A stretch of 64,000 bases of DNA. Source: Thermoanaerobaculia bacterium. GTDB lineage: Bacteria; Acidobacteriota; Thermoanaerobaculia; UBA5066. Below, one piece after another: positions 10,464-19,250 of the stretch (positions are counted from its first letter, which is position 1; every line of letters starts with the position of its first letter). Below the pieces are notes generated by a model. That model did not search any database and was not told the origin of the DNA. It saw only the letters and a list, made by a program, of their open reading frames with translations. The position numbers and the translations under genes are program-made. The stretch covers positions 3,200,001 to 3,264,000 of the forward strand of contig CAVRAY010000001.1 of NCBI GenBank assembly GCA_963719225.1. The letters run 5' to 3'.

Positions 10464-11717
10464 CTACCCGCCGGCACCGGCGACCAGGCTGACGTTGTGC
10501 CCGCCGAAGCCGAACGAATTGGAGACGGCGTTGCGCAGAGATGCCCGGCGGGAGGCGCCGGGCACGAGATCGAGGCCCTCGCACCCCTGCGCCGGTTGCT
10601 CGAGATTGATCGTCGGCGGGCAGACCTGGTCCACGAGCGCCTGAACGATAACCGCGAACTCGAGCGCACCCGACGCGCCGAGGAGGTGGCCCGTCATGGA
10701 CTTGGTGGAGCTCACGAGGAAGTCTGCGCGGCCGGATCCGAAGACGTTCCTGATCGCCTGGGCCTCGATCTCGTCTCCGACGGGGGTCGACGTCGCATGG
10801 GCGTTCACGTACTGGACATCCGCCGGCGAGAGCCCGGCGTCGCGCAGCGCCCACGTCATGGATTGCGCGTAGCCCCGCCCGTCGGGATGGGGACGCGTCC
10901 GGTGGTGGGCGTCCGTGCTGGAGCCGGCACCGCGAAGCTCGGCGAGCGGGCGGGCTCCACGGCCGGCCGCGTGCTCCATCGTCTCGAGGACGGCGATCGC
11001 GCTTCCCTCCGCCATCACGAAGCCGTCCCGGCCCGCGTCGAACGGGCGCGAGGCCGCCGTCGGGGCTTCGTTGCGGAGGCTCAGGGCCTCCATGGCGCAA
11101 AAGCCGCCGATCCCGAGCGGCGTAATCGAGGCTTCGGCGCCGCCGGCCACGACGACGTCGGCGCGCCCCGCACGCAGGAGGTCGAGTGAGATCGCGAGCG
11201 CGTGCGCGCCGCTCGCGCATGCCGAGACGGGACAGACGCTGAATCCCTGAGCTCCGATCTCGATCGCGATCTGGCCGGAAGCCGAGTTGGCGAGCAGCTT
11301 GGGGATGCCGATCGGGCTGATCGCGCGCGGCCCGCGCGCTTTCAACCGTTCGTACTGGCGTTCGACCTCGACGATCCCTCCGACCGCCGAGCCGACGACG
11401 ACGGCCAGCCTCTCCGGGGCCACCTGGCCCGGCGCGAGGCCCGCCTGTCGCAGCGCCTCCCGCGCGGCCGCAAGGGCGAAGACCTCGACGCGCTCCAGGC
11501 GATCGGCGGTCTTGGGATCGACGTAATCCGTCGGCTGGAATCCGCGCACCTCGCCGGCGACCCGGGAGCGATAGGCCGAGGCGTCGAACAGCGTGATCGC
11601 TCCCACGCCGCTCCTCCCCTCGAGCAGCGCGCTCCACGTTCCCGGCCAGGTGAGGGCGAGCGGGGAGATCGCGCCGAGCCCGGTGACGGCGACTCGGACG
11701 GGGTGCGCTCCGGACAC
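10464..11717 (-). CDS. fabF: 3-oxoacyl-ACP synthase II
   Basis: RVAVTGLG start; catalytic SACASG, NAHATST, TGHLLGA; SNSFGFGGHN. GTG start at 11717 after GGAGG. Confidence 0.92.
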   Translation of the reverse strand: MSGAHPVRVAVTGLGAISPLALTWPGTWSALLEGRSGVGAITLFDASAYRSRVAGEVRGFQPTDYVDPKTADRLERVEVFALAAAREALRQAGLAPGQVAPERLAVVVGSAVGGIVEVERQYERLKARGPRAISPIGIPKLLANSASGQIAIEIGAQGFSVCPVSACASGAHALAISLDLLRAGRADVVVAGGAEASITPLGIGGFCAMEALSLRNEAPTAASRPFDAGRDGFVMAEGSAIAVLETMEHAAGRGARPLAELRGAGSSTDAHHRTRPHPDGRGYAQSMTWALRDAGLSPADVQYVNAHATSTPVGDEIEAQAIRNVFGSGRADFLVSSTKSMTGHLLGASGALEFAVIVQALVDQVCPPTINLEQPAQGCEGLDLVPGASRRASLRNAVSNSFGFGGHNVSLVAGAGG

Positions 11718-11737
11718 TCGGATCCCTCCCGCGCCGT

Positions 11738-12013
11738 TCAGGCCGCCGGCTCGGGATTTGCATCCCCGCGCGCCGTCTTCTCCCGGAGGAGCTCCTCGAT
11801 GTGAAGGAGGAGGTCGGACACCGTGCGGTACGTGCGGCTGCGCTCCGGGACCGTCAGGTCGAAGTGCTCTTCGATCTCCATCATGATGAGGCTCGCGTCG
11901 AGGCTGTCGGCTTTCAGGTCCTCGAAGAGAAGCGATTCGCGCTGGACCTTTTCCAGCGGCACCTTCAGCACGTCGCTCAGGATGGCCGCGAGCTTCCGGA
12001 AAGTCTCGTCCAT
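11738..12013 (-). CDS. acpP: Acyl carrier protein
   Basis: DLKADSLD phosphopantetheine site, EIEEHFDL; directly upstream of fabF. Confidence 0.88.
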   Translation of the reverse strand: MDETFRKLAAILSDVLKVPLEKVQRESLLFEDLKADSLDASLIMMEIEEHFDLTVPERSRTYRTVSDLLLHIEELLREKTARGDANPEPAA

Positions 12014-12103
12014 GACGCCCCGATCCTAAGCGAGCGGGCTGCCGGCGAGAAGAGGTTCGCGGGCCGAAACCCTCGCAACGCCTCTTGCCCCGGGCGGCGG
12101 CGC

Positions 12104-13018
12104 ATGTCACGCTGGGGCGTGCCGCTTCGCATCTTCGTGACCGGAGCCGGGGGCCAGCTCGGCCTGACCGTCGTGCGCGAGCTGCGCCGGGGAGGCCACG
12201 AGGTCGCGGCCCTGACGCGTGCGGCGCTCGATCTGACGCAGCGCGAGCAGGTGCTCGAGCGGCTCGTCAAGCTTCGCCCGCAGGCGGTCGTGAACACGTC
12301 GGCGTTCGGGGTCGAGGAATCCGAGCAGGACCCGAAGGCCGCGCTCGCCGTGAACGCCTTCGCGGTCCGCACGCTTGCCGAAGCCTGCCGGAGCGCCGAA
12401 GCGACGCTCGTGCACTACTCTTCCGACTTCGTTTTCGACGGCAACGCGACGTCGCCGTACCGGGAGACGGACCGGCCCAATCCCGGCAGCGTCTACGGCG
12501 CCACGAAGCTTCTCGGCGAGTGGTACGCCGCGGGGGCGCCGCGTCACTTCGTCCTGCGCGTCGAGAGCCTCTTCGGGAACCCGGAGGGAAAAAGCACGAT
12601 CGACCGGATGTGCGCGGACATTCGCGCGGGGCGCACCGTGAGCGCGTTCTACGACCGGACGGTCTCCCCCGCCTACATGGTCGACGTCGCCGCCGCGACG
12701 CGGCGCCTCCTCGAGGGAAAGGCGGCGTCCGGCGTGTACCACTGCGTGAACGCGGGTTTCACGACGTGGCACGAGCTTGCCATGGAGCTGACCCGGCAGA
12801 TCGGAAGCCCCTCGAAGGTCGCGCCCGTCTCCGCCGACAGCGTCGCGAGCAAGGTCTTCCGCCCCAAGTTCGCGGCCCTCTCGAACGAAAAGCTCGCGAA
12901 CCTCGGCATCGAGCTGCCCTCGTGGCAGAACGCGATCGGCCGCGCGCTCGCCGCGCCGCTTCCCACGGCGACGCCCATTCCGCAGTCGGGCGTCCGCCCG
13001 ATGAATTCCCGCGGCTAA
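12104..13018 (+). CDS. rfbD: dTDP-4-dehydrorhamnose reductase
   Basis: VTGAGGQLG, HYSSDFVFDG, YRETDRPNP, YGATKLLGE, GVYHC. Start is approximate. Confidence 0.88.
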   Translation: MSRWGVPLRIFVTGAGGQLGLTVVRELRRGGHEVAALTRAALDLTQREQVLERLVKLRPQAVVNTSAFGVEESEQDPKAALAVNAFAVRTLAEACRSAEATLVHYSSDFVFDGNATSPYRETDRPNPGSVYGATKLLGEWYAAGAPRHFVLRVESLFGNPEGKSTIDRMCADIRAGRTVSAFYDRTVSPAYMVDVAAATRRLLEGKAASGVYHCVNAGFTTWHELAMELTRQIGSPSKVAPVSADSVASKVFRPKFAALSNEKLANLGIELPSWQNAIGRALAAPLPTATPIPQSGVRPMNSRG

Positions 13019-13392
13019 CGGCCCGCCGCGACGAGGAAGACCCAGTTCGCGGCGAGCGCGAGGGCGAGCGCCGCGCGAAGGGCCGAAGTCGGGCGCGGAG
13101 CTTCCACGCCCCGCCCCGCAAGCGCCGCGCCGAGCGCGGCGAGGCCGCCCACGACGAGGAGGATTCCCGCGGCCGCGGCGAGCGGGTTCCACGAGAACGC
13201 GCCGACGACGTCGAAGCGCGCGAGGTCGAGCAGCGCCCGCGTGCTGCCGCAGGTGAGGCAGGGAATTCCCGTGAGCGCGCGGAACGGGCACGGCGCGAGC
13301 CCCTGCGCGAGCGCCGGCGCCCAGGGCGCGGCCGCGACGCTCACGAGCGCCGCGCCGCCCCAAAGGAACGCGAGCTGCCGTCCCGGTCTCAA
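13015..13392 (-). CDS. DUF2752 membrane protein
   Basis: CPFRALTGIPCLTCGSTRA...AFSWNPL signature. Confidence 0.85.
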   Translation of the reverse strand: MRPGRQLAFLWGGAALVSVAAAPWAPALAQGLAPCPFRALTGIPCLTCGSTRALLDLARFDVVGAFSWNPLAAAAGILLVVGGLAALGAALAGRGVEAPRPTSALRAALALALAANWVFLVAAGR

Positions 13393-13399
13393 GTCGGGT

Positions 13400-14113
13400 C
13401 TAGCGGCGGAAGGCCGAGAACATCGCCGCTCCTGCGAGGGCGATCCCGAGGATCGCGCACACGCAGCAGAGAGCCACGGGCAGGAGGATGCCGAAGAGCG
13501 CCTTGCTTTGTGTGGTCTTGTGGAGCTGCTGGGCGCCGACGACCATCAGGTAGATGCCCCAGACGGCCGCGGCGAGCCCGCCCAGGATCGGGATCACGTT
13601 CGCGACGTTCGAGATGCTGGCATATGCGCAAAGCCGGAACGTCCCTTCGAACTGCGACCTCGAGCCCTTGAGGGCTCCCACGATCATGAACGACACGTGC
13701 AGGATCCCGGCGAAGATGAAGAGGCCGAGCGCGATGAAGAGCGGTCCCAGGATGATCTGCGCGACGATCCCGCCGCCCGCTCCATGCATGTACATCCGGT
13801 ACTGCTCGGGCACGTATCGCAGCCAGGGAGCGCCGAACATGGACCCCCACAGGGCGCGAAACACGAGTCCCACCCACCCGATGATCACGCCGAAGAGAAG
13901 AGGGCGCATGAAGTCGCCCGTCTCTCTCGTCAGGCGCCAGGCCTGATCGGGCGCCGTGATGAAGAGCTTCGCCGTCTCGAAGAACGATTCCGGTCCGAGC
14001 GCCTTCGTCTCCCACGGCAGGCCTCTGGAGGGCGGAGGGGCGTACGGTGGCTGAGGCGGCGGAGGGGGAGGGGGCGGGACAAATCCGGGACCCTGCGGGG
14101 GCACGCTCGACAT
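13400..14113 (-). CDS. Yip1-family membrane protein with Pro-rich N-terminus
   Basis: GLPWE..FFETAK, five TM helices, FEGTFRLCAYA; ATG at 14113 after AGGAGG. Confidence 0.8.
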   Translation of the reverse strand: MSSVPPQGPGFVPPPPPPPPQPPYAPPPSRGLPWETKALGPESFFETAKLFITAPDQAWRLTRETGDFMRPLLFGVIIGWVGLVFRALWGSMFGAPWLRYVPEQYRMYMHGAGGGIVAQIILGPLFIALGLFIFAGILHVSFMIVGALKGSRSQFEGTFRLCAYASISNVANVIPILGGLAAAVWGIYLMVVGAQQLHKTTQSKALFGILLPVALCCVCAILGIALAGAAMFSAFRR

Positions 14114-14199
14114 GGGAACCTCCTGATGAACCCGGCTCGACTTTGAAGAAGGGATCCTATCGCTGCTACGCTCACGCGACGAAATACCCGGGGGGCTAC

Positions 14200-16272
14200 A
14201 TGCGATCTTCATCACAGGTCTTCGCCGTCCTGCTCGCGGCCTCGTCTGTGTCGGCCGCCGAGCCGGCGAAGAAGAAATTAGGCGTGGACGAAATGTGGGC
14301 CGTCTCGCGCGTCGGCGCGCCGGCGCTTTCTCCGGACGGCAAGCGCGTGGCCTACACGGTCGCAACCTACGACATGGAGGAAAACCGCTCGAACGCGGAC
14401 ATCTATCTCCTCGATCTCGCGGGCGGCCCGCCGCGCCGCCTCACGACGAACAAGGCGTCTGACACGTCCCCCACGTTCAGCCCGGACGGCCGCCGGCTCG
14501 CGTTCCTTTCCAAGCGCGACGGCGACGCCGTCACCGAGCTCTACGTCATTCCCGTCGACGGAGGCGAGCCGGAACGCCTCACGGACATGCCCACGTCCAT
14601 CGCGAATCCGAAATGGTTTCCCGACGGGAGGAGGATCGCGTTCCTCGCGAACGTCGTGGCCGGCGCCGAGTCCCCGGAGGAGACGAAGAAGGCCCTCGAA
14701 AAAAGAGAGAAGGCGAAGGTGAAGGCGCACGTCACCGAAAACCGCCTCTACCGCTACTGGGACCGCTGGCTGACGGACCAGGAGTCCACGCACCTGTTCG
14801 TCGCGGACGTTTCGACGAAGAAGATCACGGACCTTACCCCCACGAGCCGCCGCCTCCTCGGCCTGGAGGAGGGAGGTTCCTTCGACATCTCCCCGGACGG
14901 CCAGTCGCTCGTCTTCGCGGCGAACAGCTCGCCCGAGCCCTACAGGACGCTCAACTGGGACCTCTACCTCGTCTCCGCGGCGGGCGGCGACGCGAAGAAC
15001 CTCACGCCCTCCCGCGAAGCCGACGACAACAACCCGGTCTTTTCGCCCGACGGCAGGACGATCGCCTTCGGGACCCGCCTGAAGGCCGATGGCTGGCCGG
15101 ACTACACGCGTCTCGCCCTCCTCGACGTCGCGGGCGGGGTGGTCACGCTCCTGACGGACGGGTGGGAGAAGCCGGCGGGAGGCTGGGCTTTCGCGAGGGA
15201 CGGCTCGGAGCTCGTCTTCACCGCGGAATCGCGTGCGCGCACGAACCTGTACGCGGTGGCCGTCTCGGGCGGGACGCCGCGCGAGATCTGGAAGGGCGGC
15301 ACGGCTTCGGGCCCGGCCGTGACGGCGGGGGGTGACGTCGTCTTTCTGAGACACGACCTGAATCACCCCCCCGAGCTGGCGGCGGTGAAGCGGGACGGGA
15401 GCGCGTTCCGTCCGCTCACGAGCGTGAACGACGCGCTCGTCGCCACGTGGGACCTCGGCGCGGTGGCGGACCTGACGTTCAAGGGCGCGGGCGGCGACGA
15501 CGTCCAGATGTTCGTCGTCACCCCGCCCGGCTACGACGCGCGGAGGAAATACCCGCTCGTCCAGCTCGTCCATGGGGGGCCCGTCGGCACGTTCGGCGAC
15601 GCGTTCTCGTTCCGGTGGAACCCGCACGCCTTCGCCGCGCCCGGCTACGTCGTCGCGATGGTGAACTTTCACGGGTCGTCGAGCTTCGGGCAGAAATGGG
15701 TCGAGTCGATTCTCGGTGCGCATCCCGACAAGCCTTTTCTCGACGTCATGAAGGCCACGGACTTCCTGATCGCGCGCGGGGGCGTCGACGAAAGCCGGAT
15801 GGCCGCGGCCGGAGGCTCGTACGGCGGCTTTCTCGTGAACTGGATCGCGGGCCACACGGACCGCTTCAAGTGCCTCGTGAGCCACGCGGGCGTCTACGAC
15901 CTCATGGCTCAGTTCGCCTCGGACGTCACGTTCGGCCGGCAGCACAGCTATGGTGGCACCCCGTTCCGGAACCGCGACAACGTCGAGAAGTGGAGCCCGA
16001 ACCGTTACGCCGAGAGCTTCCGGACGCCCGTCCTCATCCTGCACGGCGAGCGCGACTACCGCGTTCCGATCGGGCAGGGCCTCGAGTTCTACGGCACGCT
16101 CGCGGCGAAGGGTGTGCCCGCCCGCCTCGTCGTCTACCCGGACGAGAACCACTGGATCCTCAAGGGCCAGAATTCGAAGCATTGGTACGGCGAGGTTCAC
16201 GGCTGGCTCGCGCGGTGGCTGAAGCCGGAGTCCCAGCCGGAGACCAAAGCGGAGACCAAAGAGTCGCGATGA
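14200..16272 (+). CDS. S9C dipeptidyl aminopeptidase/acylaminoacyl peptidase, secreted
   Basis: Signal peptide, PD40-like SPDG repeats, VHGGP, GGSYGG, HGERDYRV, YPDENHWI. Confidence 0.92.
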   Translation: MRSSSQVFAVLLAASSVSAAEPAKKKLGVDEMWAVSRVGAPALSPDGKRVAYTVATYDMEENRSNADIYLLDLAGGPPRRLTTNKASDTSPTFSPDGRRLAFLSKRDGDAVTELYVIPVDGGEPERLTDMPTSIANPKWFPDGRRIAFLANVVAGAESPEETKKALEKREKAKVKAHVTENRLYRYWDRWLTDQESTHLFVADVSTKKITDLTPTSRRLLGLEEGGSFDISPDGQSLVFAANSSPEPYRTLNWDLYLVSAAGGDAKNLTPSREADDNNPVFSPDGRTIAFGTRLKADGWPDYTRLALLDVAGGVVTLLTDGWEKPAGGWAFARDGSELVFTAESRARTNLYAVAVSGGTPREIWKGGTASGPAVTAGGDVVFLRHDLNHPPELAAVKRDGSAFRPLTSVNDALVATWDLGAVADLTFKGAGGDDVQMFVVTPPGYDARRKYPLVQLVHGGPVGTFGDAFSFRWNPHAFAAPGYVVAMVNFHGSSSFGQKWVESILGAHPDKPFLDVMKATDFLIARGGVDESRMAAAGGSYGGFLVNWIAGHTDRFKCLVSHAGVYDLMAQFASDVTFGRQHSYGGTPFRNRDNVEKWSPNRYAESFRTPVLILHGERDYRVPIGQGLEFYGTLAAKGVPARLVVYPDENHWILKGQNSKHWYGEVHGWLARWLKPESQPETKAETKESR

Positions 16273-17252
16273 AGTACACGACCCTCGGCCGCACGGGCGT
16301 CACGGTCTCGCGGCTCTGCCTCGGCTGCATGAGCTACGGAACGCCCGAATGGCGGCCATGGGTCCTCGACGAGAGCGCCGCGCAGCCATTCTTCCGCCGC
16401 GCCCTCGAGGCGGGGATCAACTTCTTCGACACCGCAGACATGTACTCGCTCGGCGTCAGCGAGGAGGTCACCGGCCGCGCGCTGCGCACGTACGGAAGGA
16501 TGGAAGAGATCGTTCTCGCGACGAAGGTCAATTTCCCCATGGCGCCGGGTCCGAACATGGGAGGGCTCTCGCGAAAGCACGTCGTGCAGGGTTGCGAAGC
16601 GAGCCTGAAGCGCCTCGGCGTCGAGACGATCGACCTCTACCAGATCCACCGCTTCGACCGCGCCGTGCCCCTCGACGAGACGCTCCTCGCGCTCGATCTC
16701 CTCGTGAAGCAGGGGAAGGTGCGCTTCATCGGCGCGAGCTCGGGGCCCGCGTACCGCTTCGCGAAGGCGCTCGCGCTTTCGGACGCGAAAGGGTGGGCGC
16801 GCTTCGCGTCCATGCAGAACCACTACAACCTCCTGTATCGGGAAGAGGAGCGCGAGATGATTCCCCTGTGCGAGGCGGACGGCATCGCGATCGTTCCGTG
16901 GTCTCCGCTCGCGCGTGGCCTCCTGGCGGGGACGCGAAAGAGCGCCGCCGATACGGCCGCGACGCCGCGCGCCGCCTCCGACGACTACGCCCGGAACCTC
17001 TACGACCATCCGTCGGACGACGCCGTGATCGACGCGGTCAAGAGCGTCGCGCACGCACGCGGCATCGAGCCCGCCGCCGTCGCGCTCGCCTGGCTGTTGT
17101 CCCGGCCCGCGGTCACCGCGCCGATCGTCGGCGCGACGAAGCTCGCGCACCTGGAGACGGCCCTCTCCGCTCTGGACGTCACGCTCGCCGACGAGGAGAT
17201 CCGCGCGCTCGAGGCCCCTTATCGCCCGCATGCGGTGCGCGGCTTCAAGTGA
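16269..17252 (+). CDS. Aldo/keto reductase
   Basis: LCLGCMSYG, GINFFDTADMY, LATKV, IDLYQIHRFD, WSPLARG; ATGA overlap with upstream gene. Confidence 0.92.
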   Translation: MKYTTLGRTGVTVSRLCLGCMSYGTPEWRPWVLDESAAQPFFRRALEAGINFFDTADMYSLGVSEEVTGRALRTYGRMEEIVLATKVNFPMAPGPNMGGLSRKHVVQGCEASLKRLGVETIDLYQIHRFDRAVPLDETLLALDLLVKQGKVRFIGASSGPAYRFAKALALSDAKGWARFASMQNHYNLLYREEEREMIPLCEADGIAIVPWSPLARGLLAGTRKSAADTAATPRAASDDYARNLYDHPSDDAVIDAVKSVAHARGIEPAAVALAWLLSRPAVTAPIVGATKLAHLETALSALDVTLADEEIRALEAPYRPHAVRGFK

Positions 17253-18094
17253 CGCTCTTCGCCGGGTCGGCCTGGCTCGGCGCAATCGCCTTCCTCGCGG
17301 GCCTCGCGGTCGGATGGGCCGTGCGGGCGTTCCTCGCGCGCCGGTCCTCTGCTTCCGTGCGCGCGCTCGAGGAAGAGCTGAAACGCCGCGACGAGGAGCT
17401 GAAGGAAACCCAGACCCTTCTCGCCGAGACGTCGCTCACGGACTCTCTCACCGGCGCTCACAACCGGCGCTTCGTCGATGCCGCGATCGGAATGCTGCTC
17501 GCACCGGCCCGAAGGTTCTCGCGAGGAGGGGATCCGCCGCCGGAGCACGCCGTGCTGATGCTCGCCGAAGTCGACGACTACGACCGGATCGACGCGGGCA
17601 GCCGCGAGGCGGGAGACGCGCTCCTGCGCGACACCGTGCGCGCCCTTCAGCCGGTCGTGCGGGGCGGCACCGTAATCGCGCGCTGGACCGAGATCGCGTT
17701 CCTCGTCGTCGCGCGCATCCGGTTCGCCGGCGAGGCGCGTTCGCTCGCCATGCGCCTCCGGGCCGCGGTCGCCGAGAACGTGCGTACGCCCCCCGGACCC
17801 GGCGGGCGACCCGTGTCGCTTTCCCTCGGCTTCTCGATCGAGCCTCTTTCGCGCGCGCATCCCCATCTCGCCTCGTTCCGCGACCACCTCGGACTCGTCG
17901 ACGCCGCCCTGCGCCGCGCGCAGGCCCAGGGAGGGAACCGCGCCGTCGGCTGGCGCGTGAACGAGGACGCGCTGGAGCGCGCGATCGCCGCGCGGGGCGA
18001 AGCCGGTGTGGCGGCGCTGCTGCGCACCAACCCCGACGCCGCGGAGGCCGAAGGACTTCTGAGCCAGACCGTCGAGCGCCGCGACCCGGACTGA
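17249..18094 (+). CDS. Membrane-anchored degenerate GGDEF-domain protein
   Basis: GTGA overlap start, TM helix, coiled coil, TDSLTGAHNRRF, GDALL; the GGDEF position reads RWTEIAF. Confidence 0.75.
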   Translation: MTLFAGSAWLGAIAFLAGLAVGWAVRAFLARRSSASVRALEEELKRRDEELKETQTLLAETSLTDSLTGAHNRRFVDAAIGMLLAPARRFSRGGDPPPEHAVLMLAEVDDYDRIDAGSREAGDALLRDTVRALQPVVRGGTVIARWTEIAFLVVARIRFAGEARSLAMRLRAAVAENVRTPPGPGGRPVSLSLGFSIEPLSRAHPHLASFRDHLGLVDAALRRAQAQGGNRAVGWRVNEDALERAIAARGEAGVAALLRTNPDAAEAEGLLSQTVERRDPD

Positions 18095-18098
18095 CTCA

Positions 18099-18204
18099 GC
18101 TAGCCCGCGGATCGCTTCGCGATCTGACCGAGAACAGGCGGGCTAGCATCTGCTAGCGGTGGGGGAAACACAGTCGGTGTTTCCCCCCGACCCCCTTCAC
18201 CGCT
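18099..18204. repeat. Structured intergenic palindromic element (REP-like or bidirectional terminator)
   Basis: GCTAGCCCGC/GCGGGCTAGC (18099-18147) and GGGGGAAACAC/GTGTTTCCCCC (18161-18187) within AGCGGTG/CACCGCT. Confidence 0.6.
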
Positions 18205-18231
18205 CGAGAAACGCCAGTTTGTTGACGAGGA

Positions 18232-19215
18232 TTACTCAGACAGCCCCCTCGGCAGGAGCAGCACCTTCCCCGAGGTCTCGCGCGCCTCGAGCGCTCGGTG
18301 CGCCGCGGCGGCCTCGGCAAGCGGATAGGTGCGGTCGACGCGAACGGGAAGCGAACCGGCCTTCACCCAGGAGAGGACGTCTCCCGCGCGCGCGACGAGC
18401 TCCTCGCGGGAGGCGACGTAGTGGAAGAGCGAGGGCCGCGTCAGGAAGATCGAGCCCTTCTGGTTGAGGACCTGGGGATCGATGGGGCCGGCGGGGCCGC
18501 TCGACTGGCCGAAAAGCACCATCATCCCGCGCGGCGCGAGCACGTCCAGCCCCTTCTCGAACGTCGTCTTCCCCACCGAGTCGAAGACGGCCTGGACTCC
18601 CCGGCCGGACGTGAGGCGCTTCGTTTCGGCGACGAAATCCGTCCGGGTGTAGAGGATCACGTCGTCCGCCCCGGCCTCCCGCGCTCGCGCCGCCTTCTCC
18701 TCGGTCGAGACCGTCCCGATCACGCGGGCCCCGCGGTTTTTCGCGACGCGGCACAGGAGGAGCCCGACCCCTCCGGCAGCGGCCTGGACGAGGCACGTAT
18801 CCCCCGTCTTCAACGGGTACGTGGCGGTCGCGAGGTAGTGGGCTGTCATGCCCTGGAGCATCACGGCCGCGGCCTGCCGCATCGAGACGCCCTCCGGAAT
18901 CGCGACGAGGCGGCTTTCCGGAACGATCACCTTCTCCGCGTAGGCGCCTGCCGCATTCACGGTCGCGACACGGTCTCCTGCCTTCGAGCTGACGCCCGGC
19001 CCGACGCTCTCCACGACGCCCGCGACCTCGCCGCCTGGCGTGAACGGATATCCGGCGGACTTGTAGAGGCCGAGCCGGAAGTAGACCTCGATGAAATTGA
19101 CCCCGATCGCTTCGGCGCGGACGACGACCTCGCCCGCCTTCGGGGACGGATCGGCGACCTCTTCGAGGCGGAGCGCCTCCGGACCGCCGGGGCCGTGAAT
19201 GCGGATGGCCTTCAT
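18232..19215 (-). CDS. qor: NADPH:quinone oxidoreductase (MDR/zeta-crystallin family)
   Basis: [42 protein letters not shown]. Confidence 0.92.
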   Translation of the reverse strand: MKAIRIHGPGGPEALRLEEVADPSPKAGEVVVRAEAIGVNFIEVYFRLGLYKSAGYPFTPGGEVAGVVESVGPGVSSKAGDRVATVNAAGAYAEKVIVPESRLVAIPEGVSMRQAAAVMLQGMTAHYLATATYPLKTGDTCLVQAAAGGVGLLLCRVAKNRGARVIGTVSTEEKAARAREAGADDVILYTRTDFVAETKRLTSGRGVQAVFDSVGKTTFEKGLDVLAPRGMMVLFGQSSGPAGPIDPQVLNQKGSIFLTRPSLFHYVASREELVARAGDVLSWVKAGSLPVRVDRTYPLAEAAAAHRALEARETSGKVLLLPRGLSE

Positions 19216-19250
19216 GGCCGGGAGTCTACGGCGGGCGCCCCGCCGCGGCG

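Noticed and set aside
16239-16262. 12-bp duplication encoding ETKAETKE at the end of the S9 peptidase
   Set aside because: Only two copies in a disordered tail; no evidence of function.
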